A DNA stretch of 64,000 nt from IMG/VR virus record IMGVR_UViG_3300029288_000079, positions 117,734 to 181,733 of that record; one strand, written 5' to 3'. Origin of the DNA: a virus (lineage: Duplodnaviria; Caudoviricetes). Shown here in pieces: positions 30,764 through 40,343 of this stretch. The notes beneath the pieces were generated by a model. It saw only the letters and a program-made list of their open reading frames with translations, ran no database searches and was not told the DNA's origin. Every line of letters begins with the position of its first letter. Position 1 is the stretch's first letter. The position numbers were made by a program, and so were the translations under genes.

Positions 30764-33700
30764 TTACCGAATAGGTCTTACCTTAGATTTATTCCCCCAG
30801 CCTGTAGGTCCTGCTAGTGGAGAAACACCTTTACGTCTAAATTTAGCGGGTAAACCATCTCTATGAGCTTGTTTAATGCTCTCCTTCGTAGGATTCATCC
30901 TTAAACATAATCTATGTATTAAGTTACTAACTACATCGGCCAGGTCATCTGTTTGTACTGGACCAGTGGCAGGGTGATGATAATACACAATGCCCCCAGC
31001 ATGATCCTCTTGCAGATACTTCATTTCAGTTTTCCACAGCTGTACCCAACCCCCATCATCCACTCCATACATCTTCACATTACCTAATTGAGCTTCAGAT
31101 AGGAAACTGCCATACATTTCAGCCTTATATGGATTGGTAAATGTTGTTTCAACTGCAGGTAATCCTACGGCTTGTAATGCATGGACTGGAGGCGAGGATT
31201 CAAATTGGTCATAAGCTATCTCTAAAATATAATTTCTGCCCCCAAGATCATCCACAAGTTTAAATACAAATTCCAACACTACATTAGGATCCACCTGAAT
31301 TATCTCATGTCTACCCATACCTACATTTTTAAGTGTAGCATTGAACCCAAACATACCATCCACAATATAAGTATACTTCTTTGTAGTAAAATCCTGTTCA
31401 GCATGTCCCCAGGATACTGCATATGTATCAGCTTTCTTTTTCTTGGCTTTTCCACCAGGATCCAGAGTAATAATGTAATGCTTTCTTCCACCAATGTTAT
31501 CCCTACACATTGGTACGGTTGATTGAGGTATTGCATTTATAACTGCTTCAGATATAAACTGCCCAGATGGATTTCTAAAATGAGCTCCATATTCTGAATT
31601 ACATCCAACAGGATCTGCTCTAAATTCTGAATCTAATACTTCTCTTGTAATTGTGGGTCTGACTTCCCATGTAGCAAATTGAAATAAGCAGTAACCCACT
31701 TCAGGTTCAATATTTGCAAAGTTTTCCTGCTCCATTCCTCCAGCCATACAATAGTAATGATAGAACTCCCCACCTTTCTCTACGGGAGAAGATTCCATAA
31801 TAACCCTACCCTCGTCTCCAAAGTCCTGTACAGATGGAATTAATGCTTTAGTAATGGCATAATCAGATCTAGGATTCTCAGATACTAACTGTTCCTCAGA
31901 CTTAGTAGGATCAAATTTAGCTCTTACGAAATGAGCAAACTCAGACAGCATTAACAAATACGTAGCATCACCACGTTTTGTAGTTCCTGATGTTGTTACA
32001 GATTTGATATTGATAGTGCCGGGTTTCCTAGGTTCCTTCGATTCTCCACTTCCCCTGAGTACCTTCCTATTCATTTCAAATATCTTATCATTCTCTAATT
32101 TATCTACAGGTGTAAACAACCTCAACTCAGTAGAACTATCCTTATCAAAATCTATAAAAGGCTTGAAAAAATCAGTAGAACGAATATTATCTCTTGATAA
32201 AGTAAATACAGCTTCTGCTTGATCTCCACCCGCAGCAACGTGAGTAATATATATAGGATGTCTATCACGTATGCCAAAATGTTTCTGAGGATTACCTAAT
32301 GTAATCAGCTCATATGTACTTACACATGAAAAGAAAGACATCAAAGTACTATTATGAACAACAATATCATTAGCTATAAAATTATGTGTATCTTCAACAC
32401 TCAGATCATAGGTATCTTCTTCCCCAATGTATTCTATTTTATTTATAATGTCCCAATCTACATCTGATATAGATAGATCTCTCAATAATTCATCGTCCAG
32501 TACATCAGCTATTCTACCCAATTTTTCACGATTAATAGACCAGCCTTGCCCTATTCTACCATTAATCTCTCTCAATCTTTGTTTACTTAACTTTTTTTCA
32601 ATTCTTTTATCATTAATATAGTTTAAGATTTCTTTAGGTATGCAAGATATTAAAGTATTAGGTTTTTTATGAAGTCTTTCCTTTTTAAGAACTATACCCA
32701 ATCTCTTTTCTTTTTCTCCAATAAATCCTATCTTATTAAAATACTTCTCAATATCCTCTTTTCGTCTTATATATAACTTATACGAATCAAATCTCTTATA
32801 AAGACCTTCTTTATTACTAAAGTAACCGCTTTTTACCTTTTTAACACTTCCAACTATTCCAAATCTTAAAAGCAGACTTTGTACTTGTAGAATTAATTTA
32901 TACGAACTAGAAGAGTAAAATATAAAACCATCTTTTCCATTATCTACCACGCACCCATCACAAGAGAACAAAGCTTTTAAAAAATTAGCAATGATTTCAT
33001 TAGAAGAATAATTTATAACTTCTGGAACTTCTTTATCTATAGACAAAACACCATATAAACCATGTATCTTACAAAACTCTCTCGCATCATTTGGAATTCT
33101 ACAATTCTTGGAAATAACATTTTTGACTATTCTATAACTATATCTATTATGACCTGTATAATTCATTTTACAGTTAAATTCCTTACAGCAAGTTGCCATA
33201 TCTGATAATATTGCAGAATCTGTATTTGTAAAACTAAAATTGCCATGGGTTCCACCATCCCCAATCATATAACCTAAAAACCTAGATTTTTTGTCAGATA
33301 AAATATCTGTATTAATATCTACCGAGATTGGAATATTATTTGGTATGGCTATTCTAGATTCTATCGTAAGTTCACTTAACTGCCTCCACCCTGAAATAGT
33401 TAAAAATTTATGATTTTGAGTAGTCTTTAAAGTTTTCCCAGTTCTAGTTGAAATTCTATAGACAGGTTTTTTACCATTGAAATTAATACTATAATTTATA
33501 GTAGACGTAATCTTATAATGAGAGTCTAATGTTAATATTTTTGGTTTTAGATTATTATTATATATATCATCTAATCTAAGTAATGATCCTGTATCTACAT
33601 CATATATAGTAGAATCTCCTGTAAGACATTTGGTACCGCGGCGGCCTAGGGCAAGAATAAATCTTTTAGGCCTGGCATCTGTATTGATGTTAACAGCTAT

Positions 33701-33934
33701 ATGCCACTTCTCCCATAAAAGATTTAGTAGGGCCATCTCGTCTGCTGTTGGAGGATATAGTAACCACAATCCATAGTATGTCTTAATAGCACAAGATTGA
33801 AAAACAGTTGGAGTCTCCCCCATAAACTCTGTACTAGCTATGAACTCCAGAGCATCCACCTTCTCCATAGGCTGAACTTCTTCTACAGCCTCTTCAAAGT
33901 ATTGCTGACCAGCTTGTAGGAAATCAAAATCCAT
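30764..33934 (-). CDS. terL: Terminase large subunit, intein-containing
   Basis: Walker A GRRGTK|S split by the intein; Walker B-like LLMLSEFAHF; coupling motif MESSP; RNase-H-like ITLDPG, YDQFES, QTDDLAD. Confidence 0.88.
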   Translation of the reverse strand: MDFDFLQAGQQYFEEAVEEVQPMEKVDALEFIASTEFMGETPTVFQSCAIKTYYGLWLLYPPTADEMALLNLLWEKWHIAVNINTDARPKRFILALGRRGTKCLTGDSTIYDVDTGSLLRLDDIYNNNLKPKILTLDSHYKITSTINYSINFNGKKPVYRISTRTGKTLKTTQNHKFLTISGWRQLSELTIESRIAIPNNIPISVDINTDILSDKKSRFLGYMIGDGGTHGNFSFTNTDSAILSDMATCCKEFNCKMNYTGHNRYSYRIVKNVISKNCRIPNDAREFCKIHGLYGVLSIDKEVPEVINYSSNEIIANFLKALFSCDGCVVDNGKDGFIFYSSSSYKLILQVQSLLLRFGIVGSVKKVKSGYFSNKEGLYKRFDSYKLYIRRKEDIEKYFNKIGFIGEKEKRLGIVLKKERLHKKPNTLISCIPKEILNYINDKRIEKKLSKQRLREINGRIGQGWSINREKLGRIADVLDDELLRDLSISDVDWDIINKIEYIGEEDTYDLSVEDTHNFIANDIVVHNSTLMSFFSCVSTYELITLGNPQKHFGIRDRHPIYITHVAAGGDQAEAVFTLSRDNIRSTDFFKPFIDFDKDSSTELRLFTPVDKLENDKIFEMNRKVLRGSGESKEPRKPGTINIKSVTTSGTTKRGDATYLLMLSEFAHFVRAKFDPTKSEEQLVSENPRSDYAITKALIPSVQDFGDEGRVIMESSPVEKGGEFYHYYCMAGGMEQENFANIEPEVGYCLFQFATWEVRPTITREVLDSEFRADPVGCNSEYGAHFRNPSGQFISEAVINAIPQSTVPMCRDNIGGRKHYIITLDPGGKAKKKKADTYAVSWGHAEQDFTTKKYTYIVDGMFGFNATLKNVGMGRHEIIQVDPNVVLEFVFKLVDDLGGRNYILEIAYDQFESSPPVHALQAVGLPAVETTFTNPYKAEMYGSFLSEAQLGNVKMYGVDDGGWVQLWKTEMKYLQEDHAGGIVYYHHPATGPVQTDDLADVVSNLIHRLCLRMNPTKESIKQAHRDGLPAKFRRKGVSPLAGPTGWGNKSKVRPIR
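32351..33628 (-). mobile_element. Intein (426 aa) with LAGLIDADG homing endonuclease
   Basis: N-terminal CLTGDS, block B TQNHKFLT, FLGYMIGDG and FLKALFSCDG, C-terminal TYDLSV...HNF.AN.IVVHN followed by Ser. Confidence 0.93.
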
Positions 33935-33935
33935 A

Positions 33936-34190
33936 CTAATTTACCTGACCATACTGTTTATCCCACCAATCTCTATTTTCATTATTACTTTCTTCCGCCT
34001 CAATAAACGGAAGTTCATCTTCATCAAAAAGATTCAACATAAAGCCTTCCTCAGCAAAATCTCTAGCAAATTTATTGGTTAAAGCATGGTGCATTGAATC
34101 ATCAATATATATGTCGCCCTCTTTTGGTATGGATCTTGCTGCACAGATTGCTATTGTTCTATCACCTACCTTACGTATTCTAATTGCCAT
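33936..34190 (-). CDS. Hypothetical protein
   Basis: Coupled ORF. Confidence 0.6.
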   Translation of the reverse strand: MAIRIRKVGDRTIAICAARSIPKEGDIYIDDSMHHALTNKFARDFAEEGFMLNLFDEDELPFIEAEESNNENRDWWDKQYGQVN

Positions 34191-34194
34191 AATA

Positions 34195-35007
34195 TTACTC
34201 TTTCAATCTCTTTTGTTTTACAGTCACAGCTTTGGATACATCTAAAGGTTTCAATGCAGGAGCTACAATCATATTCATAATACTAAGAATACTATTATAT
34301 ACTTCCCTACCCTTCTTAATATCATTCAAGAAAGCTTCTTTAACAATATAGCCAGATAAGGCTTGGAGCATATGTCCAAATGTCTCTTGTAAACTCTCCA
34401 TTATCTCTATCCTTACCGCCAGTTTTTCCTTCTCTATAATATTACTAGCTATATTTACAACGTCACCCTTCATACTATTCCAAAGTCCCTGCCGTCTTTC
34501 TATAAGATCAAATAATCTATTTTCAGCCCCTCTAACCTTTACAGCAGCTGCTTTCAAAGTTTCATCTCCAGGTACGCTCGTTGCTTTTAACAAATCAAAA
34601 GCTTCCACAGAGTCATCCAAATGACAACTAGCCCTGCGTACCACTTTTTCTACACTCACACAATCTTCCATACGACATCTTAGCATAATGTCTAGCATAT
34701 GAATGTAATCTAGAGTAGATTCCTTTCTTGAATCATATAATTGATTATAAATATCTTTATCAGCAGCAGATGTATCATTACGCTGTATCACTAAAGGCCT
34801 CAATAGAATAGATACATCAGTATGATGTTTATGGCCTGTAATGTTCAGACGAGATATTGGAGAAAATCCACTGGGTAAAAAAGGAGAGTAATATTCACCT
34901 ATTTCTTTAAGAGTCTTTATACCCGAAAAGATATCAAAATTTATACTATTTATTAGATTTGGTTGTGATCCAAATGCATTACATATTTTACAAAGATGAT
35001 GTGGCAT
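34195..35007 (-). CDS. Candidate terminase small subunit (CxxC...HxxH, helical)
   Basis: Just upstream of terL; GAGGAG SD favours ATG at 35007; function inferred from position. Confidence 0.4.
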   Translation of the reverse strand: MPHHLCKICNAFGSQPNLINSINFDIFSGIKTLKEIGEYYSPFLPSGFSPISRLNITGHKHHTDVSILLRPLVIQRNDTSAADKDIYNQLYDSRKESTLDYIHMLDIMLRCRMEDCVSVEKVVRRASCHLDDSVEAFDLLKATSVPGDETLKAAAVKVRGAENRLFDLIERRQGLWNSMKGDVVNIASNIIEKEKLAVRIEIMESLQETFGHMLQALSGYIVKEAFLNDIKKGREVYNSILSIMNMIVAPALKPLDVSKAVTVKQKRLKE

Positions 35008-35039
35008 GATTTTGCTCCTCACGCTTATCCATTATGTTA

Positions 35040-35135
35040 TTAAATTAATTCTATATCAGACTCCAACAAAAATATACTATCTAAGTCACCAACATTGAAT
35101 TTACTAAATGTAATATCCCAAGCTAATGATGTCAT
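35040..35135 (-). CDS. 31-aa mini-ORF MTSLAWDITFSKFNVGDLDSIFLLESDIELI (collapsed WDI/SH3-like module)
   Basis: Hand-translated; ATGA overlap with the upstream stop; keeps only the ends of a module. Confidence 0.6.
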   Translation of the reverse strand: MTSLAWDITFSKFNVGDLDSIFLLESDIELI

Positions 35136-35731
35136 GACAATGGAACTCCATCTATTGCATCTAACATCATAATCCACTGATCTATTATTTCTAATTTTTT
35201 ATCTATGGCTGTAAGAGCATTAGCCGCATGTTTAGATACTGATGTTGCAGCAACAATCTTATATTCAATATCATCAAGCTTATCTTTCAGATCAGAATAA
35301 CTCTTCACACCATTAAAGAACTCCGTGTCCCCGGTCCCCATATCTAGATAGGAAGGTATGGCTACAGGCAAGGATCCAATCAAACTATTAAGAAAGTCCG
35401 ATATTAATTTCAATGTTCCTGCATCGGCCCCACTACTATCTGTACCACTCAATGGTATTGAATTTATAATAGTATTTACTAACCCACTATTAGGTGTTAG
35501 AAGAGAATTTACAACTAATCTTTGCTTCTGTAATGCGTTAGAAACTACATCACAAGATTGTATATTAAACAATATTGTACTGCGAGTACTCATCAATAAG
35601 GAAGCTTTCTGAGTAAATAAGAATGATTTAATACCCACTCTTAATGGTCTCGACAGATTGATGAAAAACTGAACCAATCTAGCATCAATCCCAGTAGACT
35701 CAGCTATTGTTTTTGCTTGAGTGCTTGACAT
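35132..35731 (-). CDS. Hypothetical protein
   Basis: TAATG coupling favours start at 35731 over 35767. Confidence 0.6.
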   Translation of the reverse strand: MSSTQAKTIAESTGIDARLVQFFINLSRPLRVGIKSFLFTQKASLLMSTRSTILFNIQSCDVVSNALQKQRLVVNSLLTPNSGLVNTIINSIPLSGTDSSGADAGTLKLISDFLNSLIGSLPVAIPSYLDMGTGDTEFFNGVKSYSDLKDKLDDIEYKIVAATSVSKHAANALTAIDKKLEIIDQWIMMLDAIDGVPLS

Positions 35732-36993
35732 TATATTAACTCCACATTGTCCACAGCAAACCCCCAACCAATTTCCTCATGGCGAGATGCTGGATATAAG
35801 TCCCAACTTACACCAATATGAGGTGTGATCATTTCATTTAAACCTACACTAACAACTGTACCCTTTGCACCTATAGGAAGTTCACCAATGGATGTATATG
35901 TTCTTGCTAGACGAGGTGTACCTTCTTTAATCCTAATTCTATCCCCTATTTGAAAATCATTTTCAAGTCTAGGTATATCCCAACTTAATGTATCTTCTGC
36001 AAGTTCTAGATCTTCAGTTGTGAAAAAATCTTCCCTATTACAAGTTGGATACAAATTAACTACCCAATAATCGTCACCTCGAAGTGTGCCTTTGCCCACT
36101 ATATAGAATATGTGATTAGAATCCTCTCTGTAAGCATTAGGAAAATCAGAATCATATTTCATCCACACATTAAGTGGTGCATAAATAGATTTATTCTTAA
36201 TCCTTACCTTGCTCCCAACTTTTAACTCTAGATCAGGTATATCCCAAGATAATAATGGATCCTTCTCAGGTTTAATATATTTTAATAATCCCTTTCTTAT
36301 CATACCATTATTGAATTTAATAAAATCATCAAACTCTGCCTGACTATTAGCCTGACCCACAATATAAAAACCACTAAAAGGTTTAACATTCAAAATTCCG
36401 GGTGATGGGACTATAGTAGACTCAGGTTTCTCACCCTTAAAGGGAACTACACATCCATATATTCCGGTTATGTTTTCACTATCTTTATCATGCTTCACAC
36501 AACCATAAGATATTAAATCTAAACCTTGCCTCCATATTGCACATATTATTGTCCCATAAGATATATTTATTTCCTCTAATTGGTCTATTGTATATGGACC
36601 ATCTAATACAATACCTATGTCCCAAGACAATTTCTCTATTGATTGAATATAACTTTCTATTTCTGATTTATTCTCCTCAATAAATCTTTCAAACTCTTCA
36701 GAAGTTATATTAGTAGCAATAGTATTAAATGTTGTTCCCTCATGATATCCTATTTCTCTAGTATCAAATTTGGTATCAATTGTATCTATGAAACCTTTAA
36801 GTTTATTATTGTAAACATGACAATATTTGTCTACTAAACCCTCTGAATCTACATGTATTATATTAAAAATCCCTCTACATATTGAAAATCTAACCAGTAT
36901 TACATCCAACGGAACATCCCTTAGTTCAGGTATACTTATAAAATTTCCTGGATTAAAAGTTCCTACTGATATGTCCCACGCCAATGATTTCAA
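35731..36993 (-). CDS. Four-module WDI-motif protein
   Basis: LAWDI plus LSWDI x3; last two modules SH3/KOW-like. Confidence 0.75.
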   Translation of the reverse strand: MKSLAWDISVGTFNPGNFISIPELRDVPLDVILVRFSICRGIFNIIHVDSEGLVDKYCHVYNNKLKGFIDTIDTKFDTREIGYHEGTTFNTIATNITSEEFERFIEENKSEIESYIQSIEKLSWDIGIVLDGPYTIDQLEEINISYGTIICAIWRQGLDLISYGCVKHDKDSENITGIYGCVVPFKGEKPESTIVPSPGILNVKPFSGFYIVGQANSQAEFDDFIKFNNGMIRKGLLKYIKPEKDPLLSWDIPDLELKVGSKVRIKNKSIYAPLNVWMKYDSDFPNAYREDSNHIFYIVGKGTLRGDDYWVVNLYPTCNREDFFTTEDLELAEDTLSWDIPRLENDFQIGDRIRIKEGTPRLARTYTSIGELPIGAKGTVVSVGLNEMITPHIGVSWDLYPASRHEEIGWGFAVDNVELI

Positions 36994-39900
36994 TTATAAC
37001 TCCGTTGATAGCAATTGCTCTATTACCGCAGTATTAATTGGTATCATCTCTCTAATCCATTGTTCAAACTGTTTAAGAAGAGAACTAATACTAGCTCCAT
37101 CAGAACCTTCATCAGCACTTTGAATTTTCTTTTGCTGAGTACCAGATATCGGGAATTCATATAAGAATCTCTCAACCACCATCTGCATATCCTTATTCTC
37201 AATAATAGCCTTGAGCTTTCGAATCTGCTCAGATAATGTTTTGTCAAGCTTATCAGCCTCAGCTAAAACTTGTGTTAATGATGCTGTAGGAGATGTAGCT
37301 TTCTCTCTCGAGACTGCAGCCCAAATCTTATTCTCATATGCCTGAACATGATCTTCTGATTGAGTCAATTGATCATATACCATATCAATATAACTTCTCA
37401 TCTGATCGGCTTGCTTTGCTATCTCAGATTCATATGGCTTTCTAATATTAGCCATAGTTTCTTCAACAGGTTTCAAAGCAGCTTTCAACGCAGCCTCAAC
37501 TTCCTGCTTTTTCTGAATAACCTGTCTCAACTTAGTAATAGCCTCACTAGCTTTTCCACCCGCTTCAGGAATAACTTCTGGCTCTTTATATTCTTCAATA
37601 TTAGGTGCCTTCTTCATATCTAGTTTAGGCTCTACGGGTTTTGTTAACGTAGGTTTCGCTGCAGAAGCTGGGGCACTAGGAGCTGTTACCGTTACTTCTG
37701 AAGGACTATGTCTTACAACACTAGGCTTTGTAGTTGTACCTTCTTGGTCAGGCCGATTGATCTTAACATCAAAGCCTACGGCCTCTCTTAAAGACGATTC
37801 AACCTCATCCAGTGGAGAATTTGTCTTTGGTCCTTTATACTCAATATCCCGGGCAGGCTGTTTACCATAAGGAAGCATATCACGATCAGGAAAATTCTCA
37901 CGTTCCTTTACCTGGTTCTCATCCATTTTACGAAAAGGTATATTATATCCCTTACCCGTACCCCTGGTCTTACCTGCAGGAAACTCAGTCAACCCAATAT
38001 CAATCTTCTTCGTCTCTCCCAAAGGTACACCATGATCTGAATGACCTGTCTCATCCTTGTCACCTTTATCAGGTTTAAATCCCATCTCCTGCAAGGCTCT
38101 TACTTCTCGTGGCATACGACTAGGATCCCCATTATACTCGTTATTATACCCCTTAGAAGCTCTGATTACAATAGGTTCTTGATCTACCATCATAATAGTT
38201 CCACCAAGATTACAAGCCTTCTTCTCGGTCCCATCATCAAACTGAACCGTTATATCTTCATGGCCCTTAAGCAAAGTATAACGAATGCTTTGTGGATCTG
38301 TTATCACATTACCATTTACGTCTGTTATTGATGCAACTATAGCAAGGCTAGAAAAATGATCTATCCCATTTGTGATGGATCCCTTCCAACCCCCTGCTTG
38401 CAGAGTATTTCGAAAACTTTTTCGTATCTCATTCCATCTTGGTGACATAGTTTTTATTCTCGCTTTCTTTAATTCTATTTTTTCCAAACTTTTAGAATTT
38501 TCCTTATCATTGTTTGCATAGATATGTTCTCTTAATGCAGTATCTTCAAGCTCAGATGTAGTATGCACAACAGGCTTCAAATATTGCTCTTGACCTGCAG
38601 GCACAACTGCCTCCTGATTAGTTTGTGTATCTACAATAGTTGTAGCCTGCGGAGTTTGCTGCTTCACAGTATACTGCTTACTATCTTGAGGATTGTATAC
38701 AGTCTGCTGAGGAGTCAATTGCTGCTGAACTACACCTGTAGGCTTTTGCGGAGCATATGCTGTAGCAGGTTGATTGGATATCGATGATGGATTATCCCAA
38801 GAAACTTTGCTAGAGTATAATATATCATTAGCCTGTTGCACTAAATCATTAACGGATTGTGAAACGCCACCAACACTACTGTTATGCTGATCAATTATAT
38901 TTTGAAGCATGGCAACCTGTGATTCCGAAAGATTGTTAGCTTCCGGCATTGTTAACCCAGTTGTGTTGCTAGTATCTCCATATAATGATCTAATATTTGC
39001 TAACAGTTCCGTATTGCTTTGCGTAGATGGCTCAGGAAAATTTAAATTATAATCATCATCACTCTTAGGCATTGCATTGGGACCCGATGGTGCCTGAGAA
39101 TTTACAGCATCATTCAATGCCTCATCTTCGGCAATCTTCTTATTATCCTCATTAGTCCAAACATCAGATTCACCCGATGGATTATGCTTAGATTTTATTT
39201 TATCCTCAGCTGATTTTATTACCTTTACTTCAGTTGGATTTAATGCTAAATCCTTTTCAGAAAGTTTATCAAACACAACTATATGCTGAGGTGACACAAC
39301 TTCTTTAACCACATATTTCTCTAAATTACTCCAGACATAGCTTTTACTTCCAGGTTTAAATTCTTTTTGAATAACAGTATCCCCAATTTTAATAGGCTTA
39401 CCTTCAGCATCTGCAATTGTATTAGGAGTTTCAGCAGGTTTTCCTATATCTCCATACATCTCTTCAATATAACCCTCACCCTTTCCTTCTACACCTTCCC
39501 CACCTTCATCAGCTACCTTCTCACTTGCCATATGAAAATTTGTAGGATCAGGTTTACGGAACGTAGGAATATCGGTCTTACGCATCTGACGTTCAAATTG
39601 TTTCTTAAAGTCAACATCAGTCATAAGGTTAGCTACGGTTTCCTTATCAAAAGGATATTCTTGATTTGAGGAGGTCTTAAATACTCGAGGCATTAAGATC
39701 TTGCCTGCCGGATCTATTTGAACGCTGGCATAAACACGAGCATGTTGATTACGACCATACTGCCAATCTATCTGACAGTCTATGGAATTCAACATATCAT
39801 TCTGCTGTCCTGCTTGTTTTGTATGCTCTGAACGCTGATATCGTACATCTGCACGATACATACCAACCTTGCTAGCAAACTTGCTCAAAGCATCCAAAGC

Positions 39901-40290
39901 TTTCATTACAACTAACCGATCTGTGAAAGTACTATAATTAGCTTCTTTTTCCATATGGAATGAATCTGCTGTACGAGATTCTTTATATCCTTCTAAAGCT
40001 TTAACTTCCTGTGAAACTTTCAGAAGGCCATCACATTCCGGACATTTAAACTTAGCCTGTGTATTCTTCAGAGCAGCCAGACGTTGTTGGTTCTTAAGCT
40101 CCGGATGATCAGCTAAAAATGTCTTAGCACAGCCATCACAGGCATATTTAATAACAACAAGACTTGAATCACTTGCTGTTTTTTGAATTGGTTTATCTCC
40201 CTTTTGAGAGCATTTTAACAACTCATCTGTATTCATCCATTTGGGTGCAGACTGATGACTGTTATTTTCTTGCGGAACTATTCTAGACAT
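36994..40290 (-). CDS. Large putative virion/head protein (Zn ribbon, low-complexity linkers, C-terminal coiled coil)
   Basis: 1098 aa; CDGC/CPEC; KTAS/RTAD/KSAE/VSWD junction-like motifs; AAGGAG SD. Confidence 0.65.
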   Translation of the reverse strand: MSRIVPQENNSHQSAPKWMNTDELLKCSQKGDKPIQKTASDSSLVVIKYACDGCAKTFLADHPELKNQQRLAALKNTQAKFKCPECDGLLKVSQEVKALEGYKESRTADSFHMEKEANYSTFTDRLVVMKALDALSKFASKVGMYRADVRYQRSEHTKQAGQQNDMLNSIDCQIDWQYGRNQHARVYASVQIDPAGKILMPRVFKTSSNQEYPFDKETVANLMTDVDFKKQFERQMRKTDIPTFRKPDPTNFHMASEKVADEGGEGVEGKGEGYIEEMYGDIGKPAETPNTIADAEGKPIKIGDTVIQKEFKPGSKSYVWSNLEKYVVKEVVSPQHIVVFDKLSEKDLALNPTEVKVIKSAEDKIKSKHNPSGESDVWTNEDNKKIAEDEALNDAVNSQAPSGPNAMPKSDDDYNLNFPEPSTQSNTELLANIRSLYGDTSNTTGLTMPEANNLSESQVAMLQNIIDQHNSSVGGVSQSVNDLVQQANDILYSSKVSWDNPSSISNQPATAYAPQKPTGVVQQQLTPQQTVYNPQDSKQYTVKQQTPQATTIVDTQTNQEAVVPAGQEQYLKPVVHTTSELEDTALREHIYANNDKENSKSLEKIELKKARIKTMSPRWNEIRKSFRNTLQAGGWKGSITNGIDHFSSLAIVASITDVNGNVITDPQSIRYTLLKGHEDITVQFDDGTEKKACNLGGTIMMVDQEPIVIRASKGYNNEYNGDPSRMPREVRALQEMGFKPDKGDKDETGHSDHGVPLGETKKIDIGLTEFPAGKTRGTGKGYNIPFRKMDENQVKERENFPDRDMLPYGKQPARDIEYKGPKTNSPLDEVESSLREAVGFDVKINRPDQEGTTTKPSVVRHSPSEVTVTAPSAPASAAKPTLTKPVEPKLDMKKAPNIEEYKEPEVIPEAGGKASEAITKLRQVIQKKQEVEAALKAALKPVEETMANIRKPYESEIAKQADQMRSYIDMVYDQLTQSEDHVQAYENKIWAAVSREKATSPTASLTQVLAEADKLDKTLSEQIRKLKAIIENKDMQMVVERFLYEFPISGTQQKKIQSADEGSDGASISSLLKQFEQWIREMIPINTAVIEQLLSTEL

Positions 40291-40343
40291 TTTATGTCTC
40301 CTTTAATAGAAATTAGTTATTTATTTTTCTTTATTATATATTT

